Assembly (NCBI GenBank): GCA_038087875.1
Contig: CM075988.1
Span: forward strand, 18,230,001-18,294,000
DNA from: Malacoraja senta
Taxonomy: Eukaryota
DNA: 64,000 nt
Reading direction: 5' to 3'
In this document: one piece after another, positions 12,649 to 24,410 of the stretch
How the letters are laid out: every line of letters starts with the position of its first letter
How positions within the stretch are numbered: the first letter of the stretch is position 1
Program-made: the position numbers and the translations under genes
Notes under the pieces: model-generated
Told to the model about the DNA's origin: nothing
Database searches by the model: none
Seen by the model: the letters and a program-made list of their open reading frames with translations, nothing else

Positions 12649-15376
12649 TGATCTTTCGGGTCGAGACCGTTCTTCAGACTGAGAGTCAGGGAGAGGGATA
12701 GTAGAGATATGACAAGGTACAAGGAACAAATGAATGAAAGGTAATGAACAGAACAAATCGCAAGGCCATTGATGATCTCCTATTGTTGACCAAGAATATC
12801 CTGGAGAATGTGAGCGGGCGCTCAGCAGCCAAGGCAAGTCCAAGTCACCTCTCAGTAGCAGTCAAACAAGGTCAAATGTGGTGAGTTAACCATGCTACAC
12901 TCCGACGCGGAAACTCTGTTCCCATACCTTCATTGAAACCAGTGAGGCAAGTTCAACATGCATACCTCACTCCATCAGTGGACCGACTGACTTAAGGAGG
13001 CCATTCGGCCCACAGGGTCCTTGCCAGTTGCCAGAAGAGCAATCTGGTTTGTCCTCCGGCCTGTTCCCTTTCTCACCTGCCACAACTCCCTTTTGATTCT
13101 TTGCCACCTACCTACATCAGGAGCACACCATCGTGGAGCCTACAGGAGGCGCCTGCCTCTAAAAGGCTGCCAATATCATCAGACCCACACCACCCTGGCC
13201 ACGCTCTCATCTCACTGCTACCCTTGGGAAGAAGCCTGAAAACCATGAATGCCCACTTTTGACGCCAGGTCTTGAACATAGGTTCAATGTGAAGGGGAAA
13301 AGAATTAATAGGAATCTGAGGGGTAACTTTTTAACACAAAGGTTGGTGGGTGGAACAAGTTGCCAGAGGAGGTAGTTGAGGCTGGGTCTATCCAAATGTT
13401 TAAGAACCAGTTAGACAGGCACATGGAGATAGGATAGGTTTGGAGGGATATGGACCAAGTGCAGGCAGGTGGGACTAGTGTAGCTGGGACATGTTGGCCG
13501 TTGTTGGGCCAAAGGGCCTGTTTCCACACTGCATCGCTCTATGACTATAAAAAACAAAAATGTTAACCGCTTCTCTCTCCACAGTTGCCGCCTGATTGGC
13601 GGAGTTTTTCTGGCATTTTTCTGTTTCTATTCAGAATATCCAGCATCTGCAGTATTATTTATTTTTCATTTACCAATTCTTAGAATCTGAGCATTAAATT
13701 ATTAGACAGGGTTACAGAATAATTGGGAATTTAAGTTGGAAGATTGATTCTAGATTATGTGATATTAAGGTAAATTTGTTGAGTGGCCAGGGAGAAATTA
13801 TTTTATCGGTTGGGAGTCTGGGTGAGAAACACTGAGAAGATGGTAGAACGCTGTGACTCTCTTCTACATGCAACCATGGAGAAAGCTCATCAGTACTCTA
13901 CTCACTTAGATGATTGAGGAGGTTCAGTATGTCAACTAATCATCTATCGCACCTTTATAGCTGCACAGTGGAAAGCATCACGGCCTGGTTTGGCACCTCG
14001 AGAACAGAGAGCGGTGAACACTGCCTGGTCCGGAACGCGGGCACTTAGAGGGCCTAGGCCTCGAAAAGGCGCAAGGATCAACAGAAGGCACTGCACGAAG
14101 GCCGCCAATATCATCAAAAAGCCTGCCTATCACCAAATCAGGAAGACGGTACAGGAGCCTGGAACCCTAACCGCCCGTTCATCAGAAGCAGCTTCTTCCC
14201 TCTAGAAAGGCCCTTGAACATGGCACAACACTAACCTCAGCCGACTGTGATCTTCTAGGATCGACAATCTTTAGTTGCACTGCGACTTTTGCCTTTTAGC
14301 AGCATTCATGAGTCACAGTAAAGCTTCGCAACAACGGACCTACGCACAGCGGACTCCGGTTCGAGCGGACCCAGGCTGCCGTTGCACCCGCCCCCACTTC
14401 CGCCAGTTACCCAACCAGCCCGCTCCGCTCGACGTGCATCCGGTGACGAAAGCGGGGAGAGCGAGCAGCAAAGAAGGCAGCGTGGGCACCGGGTCCGACC
14501 CCGGAGCCTCGCGTGTGGGGCCTGGGGCTCTGCGGCTCCCCGGCCTGGCAATTCCCACGTGTTCATCCCACTCCTCCCCAACCAACTCCCCTCACGCGGT
14601 TGTAGCGGACAATCGGCAATAACGGACACCATCCCCCTCCCCCCCCTCGTGGTCCGTTATTGCCAGCGTTTACTGTACTTAATATTACTGATTATTAATG
14701 TATTCTATTATTGATTATTATACATTTATCTGTGTGTTAAGAGTTCATGGGCCTGTTAAACTGCAGCAAGTAAGAATTACATGTTTCTGTTGCTGGTATG
14801 AATGATAATAAACACTCTTTGACTCTTGATTCAATGCACGCTGCATCTTTTAAATCCACGATTAACTGGCTTCTGTTGACGACTGATACAAACGGACATG
14901 GGGAAAGTTGTGTCATGGGTTATGCCAGTGCGGTGATCGATGGGCCAGGCTGCCAGACCCTGTTTCTGGCTGTTCCCCGCCCATGGGAATTACTAATGGC
15001 TTCCTTGGATTTCACAAACTCCAAGGGAATGCCTTAAAAGCATAATTTTCATAGGGCCAGCAACCTAATTATTAAAAACAAGACCTGGTCGTCTCTCTGC
15101 TCATCGACTCAATCTTCCTCAGATAAAAACAATATGCTGATGGAGCTGGACAGGTTTCAAGATTACATTTCTGTGCTAATATCTACTCGATGCCTTACTG
15201 AGAGTTTAGCTGAGTCTTGTATTTGTCAGCTTCCAGTGGCCCCAGCGATTACCACAGAACTGCCACCAATGCTCTGCTAGCCCCAGATATCTACAAAAAT
15301 GCCTCCTCCCCCCCAGACATGCTCTGTAACTCCTGTCGCAGTGGTGAAGGGGGAGGGGGGACCCCTTTCACAAAGA

Positions 15377-15958
15377 CAAGGGTCAGTAACTAAAGGCAAG
15401 GGTCAGTAACTAAGGGCAAGAGTGAGTAACTATAGGCAAGGGTCAGTAACTAAAGGCCAGGGTGAGTAACTAAAGGCAGGGGTCAGTAACTAAAGGCCAG
15501 GGTGAGTAACTAAAGGCCAGGGTGAGTAACAAGGCAAGGGTCAGTAACTAAAGGCTAGGGTGAGTAACTAAAGGCAGGGGTCAGTAACTAAAGGCCAGGG
15601 TGAGTAACTAAAGGCAGGGGTCAGTAACTAAAGGCAGGGGTCAGTAACTAAAGGCCAGGGTGAGTAACTAAAGGCAGGGGTCAGTAACAAGGCAAGGGTC
15701 AGTAACTAAAGGCCAGGGTGAGTAACTAAAGGCAGGGGTCAGTAACTAAAGGCCAGGGTGAGTAACTAAAGGCCAGGGTGAGTAACAAAGCAAGGGTCAG
15801 TAACTAAAGGCTAGGGTGAGTAACTAAAGGCAAGGGTCAGTAACTATAGGCAGGGGTCAGTAACTAAAGGCTAGGGTGCGTAACTAAAGGCTAGGGTCAG
15901 TAAGGCAGGGGTCAGTAACTAAAGGCTAGGGTGAGTAACTAAAGGCTAGGGTGAGTAA
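15377..15958. repeat. 20-bp minisatellite, about 29-30 units
   Basis: Unit GGGT(C/G)AGTAACTAAAGGC(AG/CA/AA/TA), with occasional shortened units. Confidence 0.97.
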
Positions 15959-17548
15959 GTAAAAGGATCTGTAAGCATTTCAGATCAGATCCTGTGTCTC
16001 TGAAGAATGGTCTCCAAGTGCACAGCGACTCTGCTTATCGCTCACAGCTGGAGACCGACCTGCTGAGTATTTCCCGGGTTTCCCATTTTTATTTTAGATT
16101 TCCAGCATCTGTAGTTGACTTTCATGAGTTTGAAAAAATCAATTTCTGCTGGGATGGATATGATGGACCAAATGGCCTCTGTGTTGCAAACTTTTCTGTT
16201 AGAGTCATACTGCATGGCGATAGACTCTTTGGCCCAATATGTCCATGCCGACCAGATTTTATAGCTGGGATAGTCACATCTGCCTGTGTTTGGCCTATAT
16301 CACTCGAAACCCTTCCTATCAAGTACCTTTGGACATTTGGTCTTTTAAATGTCACCATTGTACCCAGCTCAACAAGTTTGCTCTGGCAGCTCGTTCCATG
16401 TACCCGTCTCTGTGCAAAGAAATGTCCCTCTGGTTCTTAACCTTCCCCCTCTTAGCTTAAAGCCCTCTAGCTCTGAACTCCTCCACCCTCGGACAAAAGA
16501 CTGTGACCATTCACCTTATCCATGCCTCTCATCATCTTGTACATCTCAATAAGATCATGTTCATAACTTATCGGAGCAGAATGAGACCATTCTGCCCATC
16601 AAGTCTCATCCGCCATTCAATCATGCCTGATGTATCTTTCCTTCCTTCTCAACCCCATTCTCTTGCCTTCTCCCCATAACCCCTGATACCCATACTAATC
16701 AATAATCTATCAATCTTCACCTTAAAAATATCCATTGTCCTGGCCTCCACGGCCTTCCGTGGCAACGAATTCCACAGATTCACCATCCTCTGACTAAAGA
16801 AATTCCTCCTCTCAGGATAACCTCTCAGCTCCATGGAAAAACATCCCTGCCTATACAACCTCTCCTTACATCTCAAGCCCTCGATTCCAGGTAATACCAG
16901 GTGAATCTTCTCTGCACCTTTCCAGCTTAATGACATCCTTCCCATGGCAAGACAACCAGAACTGCACCAACACTCCAAATGTGGCCTTTGATCTCGAGCT
17001 TATTATCTTTTAAAGGAGTGCGGATGCTCTATTTTTCAGATGGCTGCACATTTCCCTCGCAGGAAGGAAGGAGAATCATTCCGGACATTTGATTTTGCAA
17101 TCCTGAAGCCCTGACAGCCAGGTCTCCATTTAGCGAAAAACACAAAGCGCTGGAGGAACTCAGCGGGTCAGTCAGCATCTGTAGAGGGAGTGGGCTGATG
17201 ATGTTTTGGGTCTGGACCCTTCTTCAGATTGGTAAGAGTAGTGGGGAGAAGCTGGAAAGGACTCCCCTTAACTTCATCATTCTGACGAAGGATACCGACC
17301 CGAAGCGCCATTATGTCCATTCCCTCCATAGATGCTGCCTGACCCGCTGAGTTCCTCCTACCTGGAGTTCCTCCAGCACTGTGTGTTTTTCGTCAAGATT
17401 CCAGCATCTGCAGTTCCTTGTGTCTCCATTTTAGGGCTCACTTTAGACTCGTACAAACTGCTGAGCTTTCATTGCACAGAAAGAGTTCAAAGAAAGTCAA
17501 GAGCAGCATTGAGGACAAAAGCAAAATGGCTGTGGGTACTGTACCTTC

Positions 17549-17748
17549 NNNNNNNNNNNNNNNNNNNNNNNNNNNNNNNNNNNNNNNNNNNNNNNNNNNN
17601 NNNNNNNNNNNNNNNNNNNNNNNNNNNNNNNNNNNNNNNNNNNNNNNNNNNNNNNNNNNNNNNNNNNNNNNNNNNNNNNNNNNNNNNNNNNNNNNNNNNN
17701 NNNNNNNNNNNNNNNNNNNNNNNNNNNNNNNNNNNNNNNNNNNNNNNN
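17549..17748. other. Assembly gap (200 N)
   Basis: Run of 200 N; the round length suggests an arbitrary scaffolding gap. Confidence 0.99.
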
Positions 17749-19891
17749 GACTGGAATGGAGACCAGCGTGGAAACAGGCCCTTCAGCCCATTGAGTCCCT
17801 GCTGGCCATCAGCCACCCATTTACATCGACCCTACAGTACACTAATTCCGCCTATTTTATTTCTCCAATGTTTGGGGTGATACTGGAGCACCTTGGAGAA
17901 ACCCATGTGATGTGCAAACTCCACACAGGCAGCAGGGATTGAACCCGGGGTCACTGGCGCCGTGAGGCAGCGGCTCTACCAACTACGCCACCGTGCCACA
18001 GCACTAAGAGAGGCCGATAGTTTTAGGGGGTTGGATTTTGTCAAACTCTTCTTTCATCGTGATTACTGAGCTGGGTTTCGCTTGCAACACCCAGCACACA
18101 TACAACAACCAGCGTGCGTGAGGGGAGAGTCGAGGCTCCGTATCAATCCCGAGAGGCTGGGAAAACATCAGACATTAAAATGTTAAAACGCTGTCGACAG
18201 GCTCAGTGCAAACTCCCGCTGATCCTGGGATAAACGGTGGAGCAAGTGGGTGACTGACGTAAGTGGCAATCTCAGCTTGCAGGCTGGTTTTGGTGGGGAA
18301 GTGGAGAGGTGAGTTTGCAATGGTTCGGCAGTGCTCTCTCAGCCGGCTATGAATGACAAGAGATCACAGCACAGCAGCACAGAGCCTCATTTATACTCGA
18401 CGTTCCAGCTGAAACTGACGGCAGGAGAACTCTGGTCAATTTTACAGAGACACGTTGACTGAACACTTACATAGCGAGGCAGCAACCTGTGGCAGGGGGA
18501 TAGTACATTTGCAACAATATCAAAACCACAGCCTTTCTCACCTTGCTTCGGACAACAGAAGGAACAGATTATTTTTTAATTGGAAAGAAATGCCGTCGGA
18601 ATATAGATTCTGTAGAAACCAAATGAGCTCACAATGCGTGTTAGACAGTACATTGCAGTCAACGAAGGAAGACTCAAATGAAAATCAGGACAGTTTGAAC
18701 CCAGCTGCAGTTAGGTTGCCACATTAAATTTGAGAAGCCGTTGCCACAATACCGCCGGATTGCGTAGTCATACAGCGTGGAAACAGGCCCTTCGGCCCAA
18801 CTTGCCCATACTGGCCAACATGTCCCCGCTACATTAGTCCCACCTGCCTACATTTGGCCAATATCCCGCCAAACCAGTCCTATCCATGTACCTGTCTAAC
18901 TGTTTCTTAAACGTTGGGATAGTCCCTGCCTCAATTACCTCCTCTGGCAGCTCGTTCTATAGACCCACCACCCTTTGTGCGAAAACGTCACCCCTCAGAT
19001 TCCGATCAAATCTTTTCCATCGCAGGGCGTGAAGATGCCAGAATTGCCGCGATCCGTAATGTGCAAGAATTTCCCCTTCCTGTTATAGAGATCAGAGCAG
19101 GACGGATGTCACCAATTACCAGTCTGACAGCAGCCAGCTGTTAGTGAGGCAGAGTGAGGTAGTTTTAGCTGGAAATGGCCATTTTCCAGAGCGGGCTGAT
19201 GGTGCCTGTTCAATAACGGGGCCCAACCACTTGACGCACAGGACTTCATTTGCACAAAGTGCTCCAGTAATAGGCTTCATCTGAAGTGCTGGCACTAGAA
19301 GCCACGAGGCTAAGATGCAGAATCCTCGACATCAGAAATGCCACTGGGGTGCAGGCAATTACTGGCAGCGATTGTTCAGAGAAGGCAATTTAGGGTGAGC
19401 GCTCTCCAACTCAGGTATTTTCTGTTTCGTTCCACTAACAAATTGGGTCTCTTTCAGATGTGTAGGGAGGAACTGCAGATGCTGGTTTAAACCGGAGACA
19501 GGCACAAAAAGCCAGAGTAACTCAGCGGGTCAGGCAGCATCTCTGGGGAAAAGGAATAGCTGACGTTTCAGGTCGAGACCCTTTTTCAGACACTCACTCA
19601 TTCAGATGTTGAGTGCTTCCTTTGCCAGCAGCAAACTTTTGGGGGTGATGTCACGGGAAGTGCATGACTTCAGGCCGATTTCCTTACTGTGAATCAGACA
19701 CGGTTTGCGATTACCGCCTCCCTTTCACTGACAAGCCACAGCCCAGTCTGCCTGGGACACCTCTGTGTACAGGAGGGGGCAAAGTAGTGTTCCGCTGTAG
19801 GTATTACTTAGCAGCACAGTCTGAGTCATCTTCCGCTCAGCGCCGGAGGCCTGGGTTCGATCCTGACCAGGGGTGCTGTCTGTACAGACTT

Positions 19892-20300
19892 CACTGTGGA
19901 TTGTCACCTTGTCGTGGCGGAGAAGCTTGTGTGGTCCTGAGATCCTGAGAGCGATGCCGTCTGGAGCTATGCTCCTGGTAGGGTCACCCATGGCGGTAAG
20001 GTCGAGGGGGAGGTCTCTGACAAAGAGCGATCCAACCAAGACCTCGACGGTGGAACAGGTGGAGGACGATGGCTGACTTTAGTGGAGCGTCACAACGGCT
20101 GGGAAGGCGGATGAAGGCTGCAGCAGAAAAGGGTCTCCGGTTGTCTTGGATTCCATGCCACTGGATCCTGAGCCAGATCTGTCAAGGACCATGGGGTGGC
20201 TGTCTGTGCACCAGTCTCCCCACGTTTAACAAAGTCACGCACAGGCGTCCTCCACGAGAGGACAGTCATACTCGTTTCGAGTGACCGCCGATGATGAAGA
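19892..20300 (+). mobile_element. RTE-clade-derived short non-autonomous retroelement
   Basis: The 5' part (tcaccttgtcgtggcggag...cctggtagggtcacccatggc) resembles BovB/Expander 5' UTRs from memory. It ends in a gatgatgaaga tail and has a 15-bp TSD tgtctgtacaga(c/g)tt at 19877-19891 and 20301-20315, inside a V-SINE. Confidence 0.7.
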
Positions 20301-20399
20301 TGTCTGTACAGAGTTTGTATATTCTCCCTGTGACCGCGTGGGTTTTGTCCGCCTGCTCCGGGCAACAGGACATGTCGGGACTCACCGACTGCCTGATGC

Positions 20400-20880
20400 C
20401 TGCTCTAGTAAAGATGTCATGAAGATGGAGATGGAGCAGAGGATGTCTACGAGGATGTCGCCAGGACTTGAGGGCCTGAACTACAGGGAGAGGTTGTGCA
20501 GGCTACGTCTTTAATTCTTGGAGCACAGAAGGCTGAGCGGTGATCTTATAGAGGTGGATAAGATCACGAGGAGAATAGGCAGGGTGAATACACAGAGTCT
20601 TTTGTCCAGGGTAGGGGAATCCAGAACCAGATGACATGGGTTAAGGTGAGAGGGGATAGATTTTATAGGGACAACTTTTCCACACAGGGTGTGGTGGATA
20701 TGTGGAACATGCTGCCAGAGGAGGTAGTCGAGGCAGGTGCTATCACAGCATTTACAAGGCATTTGGACAGGTACATGGATCGGAAAGGTTTCGAGGAATA
20801 TGGGCCAAACCCTGGCAGGTGGGACTAGCGTAGCTGGGACATCATGGACGAGTGGGCCGAAGGGCCTGTGTGACTGCGAC
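20400..20880 (+). mobile_element. Older, diverged CR1 LINE 3' fragment
   Basis: GLEGLNYRERLCRL...WNMLPEEVVEAGAITAF..HLDRYMDRKG motifs. Similar fragments occur at about 13285-13545, 22300-22610, 34015-34480, 40555-40838 and 62635-63008. Confidence 0.8.
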
Positions 20881-21573
20881 TACGGGGTCATCGCAGAAAT
20901 ATTCCGTTCACCAGAACAGGGTGAGGATCATCTTGGAATCTAGCTCTGCGTCTGACTGAAGCTCGATGTGAAGAGCCCTGCAGCAGATTGCATCGATGAT
21001 GGCTCTCCATAAATGTAAGTAGTTTTGTCAAATGCTGCGGTGAGTTCCACCCTGTTCCTGCAGTACTGGAGGATCTACGCTGTGGTGTAAGAATGCTTCA
21101 GTCTCTGAGGGCCCCCTGCGACTGATGTCACCCCAGAGAATCCGCTGCAGAGATTACTGAGAAAAACGAATGGTTCTCAGACTCACGATGAAGAGAAACG
21201 TTTTGAAAAAGCATTTTTCCCCAAAAATGAATCCCGCGGAGGAATCCCTTAAGGTCATAAGAAATAGGAGTAGAATTAGGCCATTCAGCCCATCAAGTCT
21301 ACTCCACCATTCAATCATGGCTGATCTATCTCTCCCTCCTAACCCCATTCTCCTGCCTTCTCCCCATAATACCTGACACCCGTACTAATCAAGAATCTAT
21401 CTATCTCTGCCTTAAAAATATCCACTGACTTGGGCTCCAAGTGGCAAAGAATTCCACAGATTCACCACCCTCTGACTAAAGGAATTTCTCCTCATCTCCT
21501 TCCTAAAAGATCATCCTTTATCGATCGAGTTGATTACACTCGTCCTTCTTTGCATTGGCTTATAACATGAGCC

Positions 21574-22150
21574 TTGCCCAGGATTGAGGTGTATTTTGTG
21601 TGCGTGCTGCGTTTCGTTTGGACCTGGTGGTTTGCAGTGAGTCTCCCAGCATTGCTGCAGGGACCTGTTGCAACATGCCACGGAGAGGGAACTGCAGTGG
21701 GGCCCATGCATCTCACAGCGCCCGCAATACAAACATGCATGTACTCCGTGCAATACAACGCATGCAAGCGGTTTCAAGGCTCAGATTATTATAAACCACT
21801 TCATCTTTGAATATGAGTGTGACTGCTGTCCAACTCACAGGGCAAGCACCTTTTGGAAGAAAAAGGTGTATGACCAGCGACATAAATGACTTTCATTAGT
21901 GGTTGTGTTAAACGGCAGATTGGGTTTGGTAACCTGGTGGTTTAACCGGTGCGAGACCACCACGCGGACAGCTGACGGGTGATTTCCAGGGTGCCCATCG
22001 TGGGTTCTCCTTAGGCTGAACCTGGTACATCCTCAGCTGGCCTGTGGCCATTTCATTTCAACTGGGGAGGGGGAGAGGGAGGTGGATTGGATGGGGTGCG
22101 TAACGTCCCCTTGCCAGAGGGAGTCAGGGAGCAGGTCACAACCACTCCAA
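21574..22150 (+). repeat. Arm A of a ~575-bp inverted repeat (partner 28505-29077)
   Basis: Collinear reverse-complement similarity, also visible as paired ORF-track peptides (e.g. CISQRPQ.KHACTPC.TTHA..FKAQI.INHFIFEYECDCCPTHR). Confidence 0.92.
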
Positions 22151-23412
22151 CCATGCTGTGGACCGCTGTTTCTATATCAGGGGCAAGAGGGGCAGATAAT
22201 GCCTGTAATGCTGCTTGGGTTCTAATTGGAATTCACAGATTCAATCCATCTTCACGGCACCTAATATTTAATTTTATTTTGCCGGTGTGATGGGGGGATA
22301 GATGGGGTAAATGCACATTTACCCAGAGCAGGCGAATCAAGAACCAGAGGACATAGGTTTAAGGTGAGGGGGGAAAGATTTAACAGGAACCTGAGGGGCA
22401 ACTTTTTTTACAGAAATGGTGATGGGTATATGGAACAAGCTGCCGGAGGAGGTAGTTGATGGAAGTACAATCACAAGATTAAAAAAAAAACATTTGGACA
22501 GGTACATGGATAGGAAAAGTTTGGAGGGATATGGGCCAAACACAGGCAGGTGGGACAAGTGGAGATGGGGCATGGGCAAGTCGGGCCGAAGGGCTTGTTT
22601 CCACACTGACAGACGCTATGGAAAGGAGTGGAAGTGCTCTCACAAATTGTATTCATTGATTGAAATGTACAGTGCAGCATGGAAACAGGCCCCACTGAGT
22701 CCACGCTGACCATCGATCATACATTCACACTAGTTCTATGTTGTCCCACCTGCTCATCCACTCCCCCCCCCCCCCCCCCCCGCCCGCACACTAGGGGCAA
22801 TTTACAGAGGGCCAATCAACCTACAAACCCGTATGTTTTGGGGTGCGGGAGGAAACCGGAGCGCCCGAGGAAACCCACGTGGTCACAGGGAGAACGTAGA
22901 AACTCTGGACCGAACTCGGGTCTCTGGCGCTGTGAGGCAGCAACTCTACCGCCGTGCCGCCCCTTTGTAAAATGACAACAATGGCAATGTTTGAAGGTGG
23001 AATTAAACTTCCACCATTCAGTCGCAGAAGCAGCTCGGATATGGAGCCTTAAAAATATTAAAGGTCCCACACATCGTGTCTTGGATGTTCAAGGTTCAGT
23101 GGTACACAAAGCATTAGCATCCACATCGAAATCACACACAAACAGTTCAGCTGAGTTAATGATTTGTGAGTAAAAGGATCTGCAAGCAATTTCCAATGCT
23201 AAATTGCAATCATTTACACTCATTCCATGACACTTCTTCTCATTTACTCTACATTTAAAAGGCAAAAAAAACAACCCATTTAAATCATGCAAGCAACTGG
23301 CGGCAGCGATGAACAGCCGGAGGAGAGAATGGTTCGCCAAACGGCTAACAGCTGAGAGCGAGAGAGAGAAAGAAACAAGTTGCGGCAATGTTGTTGGAGG
23401 AGTGCTACGTAC

Positions 23413-23582
23413 CGTATACGTGGAGGAGGTAATCATCGTACGACTCTCCGATCTCGTTGAACGCCCTGCAGCGATACGTTCCGTTGTCGGATTTATTTAG
23501 CGATTCGAGGACTAAGTTCTCGACGGATATAATGGCTCGCTCGGGCATTTCCTCATCTAGCCGCTGCCAGGTGAGGGCCGGC
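23413..23582 (-). CDS. CADM1: CADM1 exon 7 (rest of Ig3)
   Basis: PALTWQRLDEEMPERAIISVENLVLESLNKSDNGTYRCRAFNEIGESYDDYLLHVY. Acceptor ctccacag|, donor |gtacgt, 170 nt, phase 2/1. Confidence 0.95.
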
Positions 23583-24313
23583 CTGTGGAGCAACACGTGT
23601 TAGGCTGAGTCCTCCAGCTTCCCATTCCAGTGTCGTTAACAAAGAACATTCTAGTCTAGTTTAGTTGATTGTCCCATGTACCCGAGATACAGTGGAAATC
23701 TTTTGTCGTGCGCTAACCAGTCAGTGGAAAGAGAATACGCGATTACAATCTAGCTGTCCACCGTGTACAGTTACCGGATAAAGGGAATAACGTTTAGCCC
23801 AAGGTAAAACCAGGAAAATCCAATCTAAGATAGTCTGAGGGTCACCATTGAGATAGATAGTAGTTCAGGACTGCTCTCTGGTTGTGGTAGGATGGTTCAG
23901 TTGCCTGATTACAGCTGTGAAGAAAACTGTCCCTGAATCTGGAGGTGTGCAGTACAGCACAGGAACAGGCCCTTCGGCCCACAATGTCCATGCCGAACAT
24001 GATACTAAGTTAAACTAATCTAGTCTGCCTGCACATGATCAACCCCCCTCCTTTCCCTGCATATCCATGTGCCCATCTAAAAGCCTCTTTAACGCCACTT
24101 TCGAATATCTCTCCACCACCACCCCTGGCAGCAGGTTCCAGGCTCCCCAACACCCTAAAGTGTCCCTAAAGACAGCACCCATCGTCAGGATGGAACCCGA
24201 GACTCTGGCGCCGTGAGGCAGCAGCTCAGCCGCCCAGACCAGAGATCTCCATGGGAAATTGAGTGGATGGACCATGTACTGGGATGGGCACGTTGGTTGA
24301 AGTGGACACTTAC

Positions 24314-24410
24314 TGTGGCTTGCCGTTGGCTATGCAGGTCAGCTCCAACGTGTCACCTTCTCGTGTCGGGCCTTGCGGGTAGCTCACTGTCACCTGTACC
24401 TGGGGCTTAT
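24314..24410 (-). CDS. CADM1: CADM1 exon 6 (first part of Ig3)
   Basis: Read by hand; not in the ORF track in this frame. (Y)[31 protein letters not shown](Q). Acceptor tttccccag|, donor |gtaagt, 97 nt, phase 1/2. Confidence 0.94.

Noticed and set aside
15377..15958. Regular repeat array considered as CRISPR
   Set aside because: Head-to-tail units with no unique spacers, no cas genes, eukaryotic context.
23380..23403. TPPTTLPQ just inside intron 7, resembling exon-8 DPPTTIPP
   Set aside because: Out of frame with exon 7 and only about 10 nt from the donor, so it cannot be spliced in.
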